A DNA stretch of 64,000 nucleotides from the human T2T-CHM13v2.0 reference genome, Homo sapiens. A program made the translations under genes and the position numbers. The notes under the pieces are model-generated. The model had not been told where the DNA came from. It saw only the letters and a list, made by a program, of their open reading frames with translations, and made no database searches. Where the stretch lies: the NCBI RefSeq assembly GCF_009914755.1, contig NC_060926.1, one strand, 5' to 3'. Below, one piece after another: positions 39,319 through 55,280 of the stretch (positions are counted from its first letter, which is position 1; each line of letters starts with the position of its first letter).

Positions 39319-40674
39319 AGGTTTTTAAAGTTGAAGCTGGAGCACAAGTTCCTTTTTATTTTATCTTAATGAAAGAAATAGAATGGCTAGTAGGTTATAA
39401 TTAGAGTAACTAATAAATGCTTAAAATGGCAACCAAGTCTAAGGACATACAGCAAACCACCACTTAATCTTAATAAAGGAAGTGCAATGGATCCATTGCT
39501 GATTCAATGCCAAGGTGTAAAGAAACATACAAGCTGCTAGTGACTTCTATTATGCAACAAATAAAACTGTAACCCACAAATCCAAAGGGAAAAGTAAAAC
39601 TAATGAGCTTTGGTTGGAATGAGACCAATGGTGGAACCAGTTTGACCACACAAGCATTTCTTTTAGGCTCTTGGGGAGATGGATTTAAGGGCCACACTCT
39701 AGGCCTGAGGGCAGAGAGCCAAAGGGCAAAAGTGAGATCTTCCAAATATAAGCTTTTATATGTTGCCCATCTGTTAGTCTCCTAAAGAAGCTTGGTGAAC
39801 TGACAGGCAGACTGACTGGTAGATGTATGGTGTGCTGTTTTAGTATCATATTCCAGTTAATAGTAGGAATAGCTTGTATTTATGCAGCATTCAGTCTTTT
39901 AAAGAGCACTTCCATTTATTCCTTTGCAACTTTTTAAAGCAAGTTTTACAAATTATGGCACACTAAGCAAACTAAGGCCCAAAACTTTCATTTTAACAAA
40001 TGATATTGAGCAATTAATAAGCAAGGAATTATGCTCGGCTTCCAGAGATAATGGTAATTGTTACTTGAGAACATAGATATATAAGATCTCACATATCTAG
40101 GTCCCAAATATGACCATTTGAATCATTTGGTTTCAAGGTAATGTGTTCAGGTCTCCTTCAGGCAAATGCCCAAATCTTGCTGTGTAGCTAATCTGTATAC
40201 TTCTTTATCCTGGTGAACTGGATTTACTATGCATAAGCCTCAAGGAATCCTTTTCTCAGACTGAGGTAGAGCCACCAAAACTCTTTCTTTTTTTCTTTTT
40301 ATGGGTTCTTTTTAGCCTTTCCATCAGCTTTCCAAGGGGAAGATAAAAGATAATTAAGAATGAGTTGCTTTTGGACTCTTCATTTTTCCAGCCAAAGCTG
40401 TACTTAATCTTTAAGACTCTTGGACCTATGTCAGAGCTCTGCTTGCAAGAAGTACACATATTCTATGTAGGTGATGGTGACAGTGTTTGTGAAAAGATGG
40501 GTACCACCTCAAATTCTCCCTAGAGGTTAACATGAGATAGAACAGAGTATGTGACTAAAGCATTCCCAATCTTGTATTTTTCTTCCCTTAAATCAATTGA
40601 CTTAACTTTCAGATCCAATGAACCAGAGATGTTGCTACCTCTTTCAAGAGAGATGAGTGGAGGTTTTTTGTCAG

Positions 40675-40676
<2 letters not shown>

Positions 40677-40710
<34 letters not shown>

Positions 40711-40720
40711 ATGTGTGTGT
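40677..40720. repeat. (TG)n microsatellite
   Basis: TG run with one interruption. Confidence 0.95.
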
Positions 40721-40972
40721 GACTTCTGCAGTCCTTGGCATTGCTTCTATTTATCTTGAAAAAAAATGATAAGCATTTTTATCCATATGGCTATTTGTAA
40801 GTGTGCTACTTTTATTGCCCCCAGAAACCACTAAACTATATGACGTAGTTACTTAAATTGGCAGCAAATTCATTCTAAAGCCATATTATAAAATGGGCAA
40901 GAATTTCACCTTAATTATTCTCTCAAATTGTTCCTAGCTATTGTTGAACCAAATGTACAAGCTTGATCTATA

Positions 40973-42191
40973 CAGTTATGTGTCACTTAACAATGAGGAT
41001 ATGTTCTGAGAAATATAACCTTAGGTGATTTCATTGTTTGAACACTACAGAGTATACTTCACAAACCTAGATTATACAGCCTACTACACACCTAGGCTAT
41101 ACGGTACAGCCTATTGCCCCTAGAATACAAACCTATAGAGTATGTTACTGTACTGAACATTGTAGGCAATTATAACATGGTGGTAAATATTTGTATATCT
41201 AAACACAATTAAACATGGAAAAGGTAGAGTACAGTACAAATATGGCATAAAAGATTTTTTTTAAAAGCACACCTGTACAGTGCACTTACCATGAATGAAG
41301 CTTGCAGGACTGGAAGTTGCTCTGGGTGTCAGTGAGTGACTGGTAAGTGAATGTGAAAGCCTAGCACACTACTGTATAATACTGTAGACATTACAAACAC
41401 TATACTTAGGCAACACTAAATTTATTAAAAATATATTTATTTCTTTCATAATAAATTAACCTTGGCTTTTTGTAACCTTTTTACTTTATAAACTTTTTAA
41501 TTATTTTTCGCTTTTTGACTGTTTTGTAAAAACTCTTAGTTTAAAGCATGAACACATTGTACAGCTATACAAAAGTATTTTCTTTATATCCTTATTCTAT
41601 GTTTTTTCTATTTTAAACATTTTATTTTATTTTATTTTATTTTACTTTTAAAGGGTCTTTGTTAAAAAATAAGACACAAGCACACAATGAGCCCAGGCCT
41701 ACACAGGGTCAGGATCATCAATATCACTGTCTTCCACCTCCACATTTTATCCCATCGGATGGTCTTCAAGGGCAATAACAAGCATGGAGCTGTCATCTCC
41801 TATGATAATAGTGCTTTCTTCTGGAATAGTTCCTGAAGGACCTGCCTGAGGCTGTTTTACAGTTAACTATTTTATATAAGTAGAAGGAGTACACTGTAAA
41901 ACAATGATTAAAAGTATAGTGCAGTAAATACATAAACTAGTAACAGTCATTTATTATCAAGTATAACATACTATACATAATTGTATGTGTTATGCATGTA
42001 TACAACTGGCAATGCAGTACAATTGTTTACACCAGCATCACCACAAACACATGAGTGATACATTGTGCTATGACACTAGATAGCTATGACATCACTAGGC
42101 AATATGAATTTTTCAGCTCCATTTTAATCTTAGGGAGCCACCATAGTACATGATGTCTGTCCTTCAAAATGTTTTGAGGTGCAGGACTATG
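40973..42191. mobile_element. Tigger3(b)-like non-autonomous TcMar DNA transposon
   Basis: ta|cagttatgtgtcacttaacaatgaggatatgttctgagaaat; agcctactacacacctaggctat; cagggtcaggatcatcaatatcactgtcttccacctcc; ~1.2 kb. Confidence 0.9.
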
Positions 42192-42568
42192 TATTTTGTG
42201 CTAGACTTATTACAAGTTTAAACAAATAGTACAGTATTAGTAGTATAAAGGTGCCTGAAATTTGTTCTATCATCTTTTACATATGTATTTAATATTACAA
42301 GAATTTGTCATCTTTTCAGTGAATTGTTTATTCTTACATAATATGCGAAAGCCCCTCCTTTGGTATAAAAATACTGGATTTCCCTCTCTGACTCTAATGG
42401 GAATGAGATCCTTCTTCTGCGGCCTGACTAGAGTTGCTGGAACAGGTTATCTCTCTTTGGCTTTTTCTACTTTCCCAAGTTATTAGAGACAATCAGGAAT
42501 CACTGCAGCAATCCTGGCCCCCCAAAGACCTTATTATCCAAGAAGTTTGTTGTTGAAGGGTAGGAAAT

Positions 42569-42936
42569 TGATATGGTTTGGCTGTGTCCCCACCTAAATC
42601 TCATCTTGAAATGTAGCTCCCACAATTCCCACGTGTTGTGGGAGGGACCAGGTGGGAGGTAATTGAATCATCAGGGTGGGTCTTCCAGGTGCTATTCTCG
42701 TGGTAGTGAATAAGTCTCACAAGATCTGATGGTGTTATAATCACCTGCTTCCTCTTTTGCTTGGCTCTCTTTCTCTCTCTCGCCTGCTGTGATGTAAGAC
42801 ATACCTTTCACCTTCTGCCATGATTGTGAAGTTTCCTCAGCCATATGGAACTGTAAGTCCATTAAACCTCTTTTTCTTTATAAGTTATCCAGTCTCAGTT
42901 ATGTCTTTATCAGCAGCATGAAAACAGACTAATGCA
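42569..42936 (+). mobile_element. THE1 (C/D-like) solo LTR
   Basis: TG...CA ends (tgatatggtttggctgtgtcccc ... aaacagactaatgca); perfect 5-bp TSD gaaat at 42564-42568 / 42937-42941. Confidence 0.96.
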
Positions 42937-43262
42937 GAAATCAATGGAGAGTTACCTCTAGGGTTAACAAGGTTCTTGGAAGGTCCTTTTGTTTTGGGAG
43001 GTCTTCTGTTTTTGTTTTTATGGTGAGAGAGACTTTACATGGTTGTGATCAGAAAGAAAAGTCCACTAAGAAGGAGATGGTTTTATCAGCATTATCTTCA
43101 GTAACCCAGGTGAGAATGATGGTGAGGTTGTGATGATAGAGATGTTTCTTGATCAAAAATCAAAGTGATAGCAGAGAAAAAGAAAAAGATGATAGAGCTT
43201 ATATCACACTCTCATAATCTATGTCAGGTAAAAGACATGGTTATAATTAAGAGTGGGTTTGA

Positions 43263-43600
43263 GGCCAGGCACGGTGGCTCATGCCTGTAATCCCTGCACT
43301 TTGGGAGGCTGAGGCGGGTGGATCACAAGGTCAGGAGATAGAGACCATCCTGGCTAACGTGGTGAAAACCCGTCTCTACTAAAAATACAAAAAATTAGCC
43401 AGGCATGGTGGGACACGCCTGTAGTCTCAGCTATTTGGAAGTCTGAGGCAGGAGAATTGCTTGAACCTGGGAGGCAGAGGTTGCAGTGAGCCGAGATTGT
43501 GCCACTGCGCTGCAGGCTGGGCAACAGACCAAGACTCCACCTTAAAAAAGAAACAAAACAAAAAAAAAAAAAAGCAAAAAAAAAAAAAAAACAAAAAAAA
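43263..43600 (+). mobile_element. AluSc/Y-like SINE with long patterned A tail
   Basis: Complete dimer; degenerate TSD aagagtgggtttg / aacagtgagtttg. Confidence 0.97.
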
Positions 43601-43671
43601 AACAGTGAGTTTGGAGAAGTAATTTTGAAACAAATGGAAAAAATAGAGAACCTCTCTGTTTTGGAGGATCG

Positions 43672-44014
43672 GCAGTGGTTTTGAACTCTGGCAATCACCT
43701 GTGACCTTTTAAAAACACCAGATGTCAGGACCCCACCTTGGACTAAATGAATTTCTGGGAGGTGGGACTAAGGCCTGGTGTTTTTAGAAGCTTCAGAAGT
43801 TTCTGATGTGTAGCCAGGGTTGAGAATCTACTAGTGTGGTGTTGTCATGGAATGTACTGGCAAAAACTGTAATTACTTTTGCACCAACCTAAAACTAAGG
43901 TGGTAGTTTCCCACTCAAGACCAGTTAAATTAGAAGTTTGGAGTGTGGGGTCAGGATCAGTGTTTTTCAAAAGCTTTCCAGGTGGTTCCAATGAGTATCT
44001 CTGAGAATCACTGC
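43672..44014. mobile_element. Two MER5A-like elements flanking a half MADE1 (about 43858-43892)
   Basis: cagtggttttgaac...gtagccagggttgagaatc; ggcaaaaactgtaattacttttgcaccaacctaa is a mariner Hsmar1/MADE1 TIR. Confidence 0.75.
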
Positions 44015-44287
44015 ACTGGAGAACCTGGGTGAAAGAATACAAAAGCAGGAAGGGTGGGAGATGGAGGGATTTGCCTCTAAAACTGAGGATGCTCCTTTAT
44101 ATTTTCCAGGAGGTTCTCTTACTTGATCTCTACTTCCTTGGTGTTGATGTTTAACCTCTATTGTGGATTTCCATCACATTCACCCATATTTGGACCCAGA
44201 ACAAATATATCTGCTATTGTAGCACATCTATTGATGTAAGCATGCCCCACATAGTTTCATTTCCAAGTCTGCCTTAAAACTTCAGAC

Positions 44288-44587
44288 GGCCGGGCACGGT
44301 GGCTCACGCCTGTAATCCCAACACTTTGGGAGGCCGAGGCAGGCGGATCATCTGAGGTCAGGAGTTTCAGACCAGCCTGGCCAATATGGTGAAATCGTGT
44401 CTCTACTAAAAATATGGAACTAGCTGGGTGTGGTGGTGCATGCCTGTAATCCCAGTTACTCAGAAGGCTGAGGCAGGAGAATTGTTTGAACCTGGGGAGG
44501 CAGAGGTTGCAGTAAGCTGAGATTGTGCCATTGCACTCCAGCCTGGGCGAGAGAGCAAAACTCTGTCTCAAAAAAACAAAACAAAAC
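44288..44587 (+). mobile_element. AluSx-like SINE, full length
   Basis: Complete dimer; TSD aaaacttcagac at 44276-44287 / 44588-44599. Confidence 0.98.
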
Positions 44588-44829
44588 AAAACTTCAGACT
44601 AAACCAGCCTTTGTTCCCCTTGGTCTCCCACAAACCTGGGAAGGGAGATTAAACCATTACTATCTGTATCCTAGGTTTTTACGAGTTTATTCTATGGACT
44701 CACGCTAAAGAAAGAAGCCTCAATTTACTTTGACTAAGACTTGACCTGATTCCAATTTACTCTCAGTGTAAAAGGAGACCAGAACTATAAAGGGAACCAC
44801 AGGCACCGTTTGAATCTGCCTGCTATGCT

Positions 44830-45660
44830 ATATTCCTTATCTAAGTGAATGGCATCGCTATTCCACCTTATGCTGAAGTTTAAACCTTCCAGTTTCATCC
44901 TAAGCTTACAAAAGTTGTTGTTATAAGACATAGAACATAGTTACTTAAACTGAAAATAAATTCATTAGTCATGTGTAATTTTTAACTCTTTGGAATTTCT
45001 CTTAGAAAACCATTATATCCACTTAATTCTCCAGTTCTATTACTTCGTCCACGTCTCAATTTTTTCATCCTCTTTTCTCTACCTTGACCATCACTGACAA
45101 AACTCAAGTCACCATCTCTACTAATGCATTAATTCCCATACTTATCTGCCAACCTCTAGTTCCATTTCAGCTGCCCCTCCCTCCTCCTTCCGCTTAATCC
45201 TTCTTTCTCATTGCTGCCAAATTGGCTTATCTCCAATGCAAATGTGATGATTTTACTTCCCTAATCAAATTCTTTTAATGTCTTCCATAGGCTCAAAAGT
45301 AACATCTGGGGGTGGCATTCAAAGCCATCATGATGTGGTTCCTGTCTACTTTTCCTGTTTTATTCCTGCTGCTGTCCCTCTTTCCATTCCATAGTGTTCT
45401 GTTTTTGCCCACGTGGTACCCTGCCCAGTTAGTTCACCTGACACATTGCTCATCCTTCAGGTCTTAGCTCCATATCTTCTTTCTGAAGCTACCCTTCCTT
45501 GCCTAGGCAGCCTGAGGCATCTCTTTGCTTGATAATGCCATCGTTCTTTAGAACATTCTTCCACGAAGTCATTTTCTTCACTCTAATTGCTAATCACATA
45601 TGTCTCTAATCCCATTAGACTATATGCTTCTTGAAGGTGCAGCTTTTATGTTTGGATTTG
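44830..45660 (+). mobile_element. L2 3' region (degenerate)
   Basis: gaatggcatcgctattccac; ctcatccttcaggtcttagctc; cccattagactatatgcttcttgaagg. Confidence 0.7.
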
Positions 45661-46326
45661 AATCTTTAGATAAACTAATAGTATAATTTGAGTCGGCTAA
45701 GAGAAAACCAGTGTAACTAATAGCAGAATCTTCACAGTCCATTTATCACTGAATTATATTAACTCAAAGCTAGTGAGGTCATTATAAGTGATAAATCCAA
45801 TTTCTTATGACATATATTTTGTAACTAAAGTTTCACTATTATATTACCATTTTTATTTAACAGTAAAAAAGATTTTATTACTGAGTATAGACATTTCAAT
45901 CTGGAAAATACTCTCTTGTTGCAGCATTCTTGGTCTGTAGTCATGATCTATGATCTATGGTCATCTGTTTCAAAATGCACTTGCTAACATTCTAAAGCTC
46001 CCTGACTTGTTTATTAATTCATTTATTTAACACATATTTATTCAATATGCACTAAATATAGAGGACAATGCTAAGGTTGAAGGACTTAAAGACATAAAAA
46101 CATGGTTTTCCCCTTGTGGAATTAGAAAGTATATAGGCTTTATTTATCTAAATTAATTCTCATAACATCCTGATAGGCAATTATTATCTCTGTCTTATAA
46201 ATGAGGATATTGCAGAACAGTATTTATAATCTCAAAAGTGTCTTAGAATGCTCATGTTTGTCAAATATAAAATGTGTAAGCCTCTTGTTTTGGAGATTTT
46301 CTTATAGTTTACAATGGTGGGTATAT

Positions 46327-47180
46327 TTTTTCCTTTTTTTAATTACACTTTAAGTTCTGGGATACATGCGCAGAACGTGCAGGTTTGTTACGTAGGTATA
46401 CACGTACCATGGTGGTTTGCTGCACCCATCAACCCCTCATCTACATTAGGTATTTCTCCTAATGCTATCCGTCCCCTAGACCCCCACACCCAACAGGCCC
46501 TGGTGTGTGATGTTCCCCTCCCTGTGTCCATGTGTTCTCATTGTTCAATTCCCACTTATGAGTCAGAACATGCAGTGCTTGGTTTTCTGTTCCTGTGTTA
46601 GTTTGCTGAGAATGATGATTTCCAGCTTCATCCATGTCCCTACAAAGGATATGAACTCATCCTTTTTTATGGCTGTATAGTATTCCATGGTGTATATGTG
46701 CCACATTTTCTTAATCCAGTCTATCATTGATGGACATTTGAGTCGGTTCCAAGTCTTTGCTATCGTGAATAGTGCCACAATAAACATACATGTGCATGTG
46801 TCTTTAGTGTAGAATTATTTATAATCCTTTGGGTATATACCCAGTAATGGGATTGCTGGATCAAATGGTATTTCTGGTTCTAGATCCTTGAGGAATTACC
46901 ACACTGTCTTCCACAATGGTTGAACTAATTTACACTCCCACCAACAGTGTAAAAGCATTCCTATTTCTTCACATCCTCTCCAGCATCTGTTGTTCCCTGA
47001 CTTTTTAATGATAGCCATTCTAACTGGCATGAGATGTTATCTCACTGTGGATTTGATTTGCATTTCTCTAATGACCAGTGATGATGAGCTTTTTTTCATT
47101 ATATTTGTTGGCTGCATAAATGTCTGCTTTTGAGAAGTGTCTGTTCATATCCTTTGCCCACTTTTTGATGGGGTTGTTTT
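46327..47180 (-). mobile_element. 5'-truncated L1PA (about PA7/8), ~850 bp
   Basis: ttaagttctgggatacatgcgcagaacgtgcaggtttgttac; ORF 46563-46787 is the ORF2p C-terminus ([14 protein letters not shown]...WMKLE). Confidence 0.96.
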
Positions 47181-47194
47181 TTAAACTTTAATGT

Positions 47195-47330
47195 TCACAT
47201 GTCATCCCAGGATCTTGTTAAAATATAGACCTGAGTCAATAGGTCTGGGGGGGGATCTGAGATTCTGCATATCCAATAAACTCTGAGACACCATGCAACT
47301 GGTCTATGAACCATGCTTTAATAGCAAAGA
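47195..47330. mobile_element. MER5A-like fragment
   Basis: ggatcttgttaaaatatagacctgagtcaataggtctggg...gagattctgcat. Confidence 0.7.
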
Positions 47331-48537
47331 TTTAGAAATTGTCATTTGTAGAATTCTGTTGCATTGAACATTGTTCTCTTATTCACTGAGTCTTTTATAT
47401 TGAAGATGGAGTCAGCACTACCTCTAAAAACTTGTTTAAACATGAGGGCTGAGTGTTGAGTTCTCAGATCCTTGATTTTCCTTAGCTCTGAGACCAGTCA
47501 ATGTGTTTCCACCATAAATCCTCTTTAATGATTCTACCCCACAACAATTGATTTCTCCTTCCAAATATTGCTGTGATTATTAATAGTTACATTTTCATAC
47601 CTGCTAGCTTTGTTTCCTAACCTGGACTGTAAGCTCCTTAAGGCAGGGACCAGATCTTATTCATTCATTAACCCCCACACTGCTAACATAATGCCGTACA
47701 TCTGATACCAGTATAGGAGCTTTTATTTACCAAGGAATCTAGTATGTGCCTTGGACTGAACTTCATCTTGTATATGCATTTTCTCATTTAATGTTTCACA
47801 AAACATATGAAGTTCTTACCATTTTGCAGATATACAAATTGAGACCCAGATAGTTTGTTAATTAAATAAATTCATGTATTCAGTAGTGGCATGAGAATTT
47901 GAATGCAGGTTTAATTCCACAGGCCATGTTCTTTTCTTTCTGACAAACTACACCATTTCCCATTACAGTAGACACTTAATTATACTTGAACTGATGACTA
48001 ATTCTATGAGCTAATTATTGTTTGAAGCAGAATTGAATTAGAAACTTTATTTGACTTTGTTTTATCCTTCTTTTTTATGGTGAGAACCTCTGTATTAGGA
48101 ATCAACAAGGGGAATTTCAGGAAATGACTCTGATCTAATTACTGTTATTTTTCAGTCAGGTGAGATTCCTAGACTTTGGCAGATTTCAGGCTGAAAGTGC
48201 CATGAGCTTTATTAAATTTTATGAAAGATTGGCAGCCCTGACAAGGCCATTGTCAGTGCTTCTGCCCAGATTAGTGGCTACATGGTTGTCCAATCTTCAC
48301 CATCACTTCTTCTTTTTTCTTTTTTTTTTTTAATTATGCTTTAAGTTCTAGGGTACATGTGCACAGCGTGCAGGTTTGTTACATATGTATACATGTGCCA
48401 TGTTGGTGTGCTGCACCCATTAACTTGTCATTTAACATTAGGTATATCTCCTAATGCTATCCCTCACCCCTCCCCCCACCCCACAACAGGCCCCGGTGTG
48501 TGATGTTCCCCTTCCTGTGTCCATGTGTTCTCATTGT

Positions 48538-52356
<3,819 letters not shown>

Positions 52357-52419
52357 TATTATGTTAGCTGGTTATTTTGCTCGTCAGTTGATGCAGTTTC
52401 CTCCTAGCCTCGATGGTCT

Positions 52420-53436
52420 TTACAATTTGGCATGTTTTTGCAGTGGCTGGTACCAGTTGTTCCTTTCCATGTTTAGTGCTTCCTTCAGGAGCTCTTTTAA
52501 GGCAGGCCTGGTGGTGACAAAATCTCTCAGCATTTGCTTGTGTGTAAAGTATTTTATTTCTCCTTCACTTATGAAGCTTAGTTTGGCTGGATATGAAATT
52601 CTGGGTTGAAAATTCTTTTCTCTAATAATATTGAATATTGGCCCCCACTATCTTCTGGCTTTTAGAGTTTCTGCCAAGAGATCAGCTGTTAGTCTGATGG
52701 GCTTCCCTTTGTGGGTAACCCGACCTTTCTCTCTGGCTGCTCTTAACATTTTTTCCTTCATTTCAACTTTGGTGAATCTGACAATTATGTGTCTTGGAGT
52801 TGCTCTTCTCAAGGAGTATCTTTGTGGTGTTCTCTGTATTTCCTGAATTTGAATGTTGGCCTGCCTTGCTAGATTGGGGAAGTTCTCCTGGATAATATCC
52901 TGCAGAGTGTTTTCCAACTTGGTTCCATTCTCCCCGTCACTTTCAAGTACACCAGTCAGATGTAGATTTGGTCTTTTCACATAGTCCCATGTTTCTTGGA
53001 GGCTTTGTTCGTTTCTTTCTATCCTTTTTTCTCTTAACTTCTCTTCTTGCTTCATTTCATTCATTTGATCTTCCATCACTGATACCCTTTCTTCCAGTTG
53101 ATCGAAGTGGCAACTGAGGCTTGTGTATTCGTCACGTTGTTCTTGTGCCATGGTTTTCAGCTCCATCAGGTCCTTTAATGACTTCTCTGCATGGGTTATT
53201 CTAGTTAGCCATTCATCTAATCTTTTTTCAATGTTTTTAACTTCTTTGCCATGGGTTCGAACTTCCTCCTTTAGCTCAGAGTAGTTTGATCGTCTGAAGC
53301 CTTCTTCTTTCAACTCGTCAAAGTCATTCTCTGTCCAGCTTTGTTCCATTGCTGGTGAGGAGCTGCATTCCTTTGGAGGAGGAGAGGTGCTCTGATTTTT
53401 AGAATTTTCAGTTTTTCTGCTATGTTTTTTCCCCAT
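52420..53436 (-). pseudogene. L1 ORF1 (338-codon frame) with a single premature TAG at codon 263
   Basis: ATG at 53436 (MGKKHSRKTENSK), TAG at 52650-52648 after KARR, frame continues WGPIF...YPAKLS...QKHAKL to TAA at 52422-52420. Confidence 0.93.
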
Positions 53437-53992
53437 CTTTGTGGTTTTGTCTACCTTTGGTCTTTGATGATGGTGACGTACAGATGGGGTTTTAGTGTGG
53501 ATGTCCTTTCTGTTTGTTTTCCTTCTAACAGTCAGGACCCTCAGCTGCAGGTCTATTGGAGTTTTCTGGAGGTCCACTCCAGACCCTTTTTGCCTGGGTA
53601 TCAGCAGCAGAGGCTGCAGAACAGCGGATATTAGTGAAAAGCAAATGTTGCTGTCTGATCGTTCCTGTGGAAGTTTTGTCTCAGAGGAGTACCCGGCCGT
53701 GTGAGGTGTCAGTCTGCCCCTACTCGGGGGTGCCTCCCAGTTAGGCTACTCAGGGGTCAGGGACCCACTTGAGGAGGCAGTCTGTCTGTTCTCAGATCTC
53801 AAGCTGTGTGCTGGGAGAACCACTACTCTCTTCAAAGCTGTCAGACAGGGACATTTAAGTCTGCAGAGGTTTCTGCTGCCTTTTGTTGGGCTATGCCCTG
53901 CCCCCAGAGGTGGAGTCTACAGAGACAGGCAGGCCTTGAGCTGCAGTGGGCTCCACCCAGTTCGAGCTTCCTGGCTGCTTTGTTTACCTACA

Positions 53993-54157
53993 ATGGTGGG
54001 CTCCCCTCCCCCAGCCTTGCTGCTGCCTTGCAGTTTGATCTCAGACTGCTGTGCTACCAATGAGCGAGGCTCCATGGGCGTAGGACCCTCCGAGCCAGGT
54101 GGGATACAATCTTCTAGTTTGCTGTTTGCTAGGACCATTGGAAAAGCACAGTATTAG
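53993..54157 (+). pseudogene. L1 ORF0 homolog (antisense 5'UTR ORF), frameshifted after about 36 codons
   Basis: MVGSPPPALLLPCSLISDCCATNERGSMGVGPSEPG versus L1HS ORF0 MAGAPPPASLPPCSLISDCCASNQRDSVGVGPSEPG. Confidence 0.85.
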
Positions 54158-55074
54158 GGTGGGAGTGACCCGATTTTCCAGGTGCTGTCTGTCACCCCTT
54201 TCCTTGGCTAGGAAAGGGAATTCCCTGACCCCTTGCGCTTCCTGGGTGAGGTGATGCCTTGCCCTGCTTCGGCTCATGCTCAGTGCACTGCACCCACTGT
54301 CTTGCACCCACTGTCCGACAATCCCCAGTGTGATGAACCCGGTACCTCAGTTGGAAATGCAGAAATCATTCATCTTCTGAGTCACTCACGCTGGGAGCTG
54401 TAGACTGGAGCTGTTCCTATTCGGCCATCTACATGTTCTTTCTTCCCTCATCATCACTTCTTTACTTCTTTTATTTCACTTCTGGCTTTCTGTCCTCCCA
54501 CGCTGAGGAAGACTGATTTGGTGGACATGTATTTATTCTGCTGAGTACCAGTTGATGTGGAAGTAGTTGTTTTATAGTCAACATGTTTTTATGACTAATG
54601 ATCTGTCTTATGACAGTTTCACCTATAAGAGGAAATATACTTATGTCTAGGTGGACTCCAATGTGTCTGTTTACTGATACTTATTTATTCATTATTTTCA
54701 AGTAAAATGTAGAAGTGAATAACTTAAGAGAATAACTATTTTTATGAGAGAAAAATACCCACTTTCTTTTTTATTACTTTGTTCCTCTAGAGGTTCATGA
54801 ATAATATATTGAACATGTGAGGAGTGAGGCCTGTCTAGCTCTTTTCCTAACATCTTCCACTCCTGTGGCCTCTTATTAGGTACCTTTCTCAGTGAAGATA
54901 TACAATAAGAATTTTGCATGCTTATTGGGAATTTATCTGTGAAAAATCACTCAAATGTCATTAAGTCTTTTCTGATAAACCTTAATCATCCAACAACCAG
55001 AGTTTTTCTTAAAATAGCTGTTGCTCTAGAAGAATACCATAGAATGAAGTTGCTTCCTAGCATGGCAGTCAAGG

Positions 55075-55280
55075 ATCCTGGTTCCAAGTATGAGCTCTGA
55101 AGAAGATAGACTATGTTCACCGCTTACTATAGCTGAGTGCCCTTGGACAATTCATTTAAACTGCCCCTAATTTTCTTCCATCATCTGTAAAATGAATGTA
55201 ATAATAGCTCTTAATGAGTATTAAATTAGATAATAAGGGCACTGGCATTTATTAAGAACTTAATAAATGTTAGCTTTTGT
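55075..55280 (+). mobile_element. MIR
   Basis: ccttggacaattcatttaaac...tcatctgtaaaatgaatgtaataatagc. Confidence 0.75.

Noticed and set aside
43858-43892. Possible miR-548 hairpin from MADE1
   Set aside because: Only one TIR arm is present, so no hairpin forms
43354-44589. 110-114 aa ORFs with SAHCNL/SPASAS-type motifs (similar ones at 625, 25967 and 57117)
   Set aside because: Alu-derived frames
53437-53577. 47-codon N-terminal extension of ORF1 in the ORF track
   Set aside because: Starts at GTG in the L1 5'UTR; the true ORF1 ATG is at 53436
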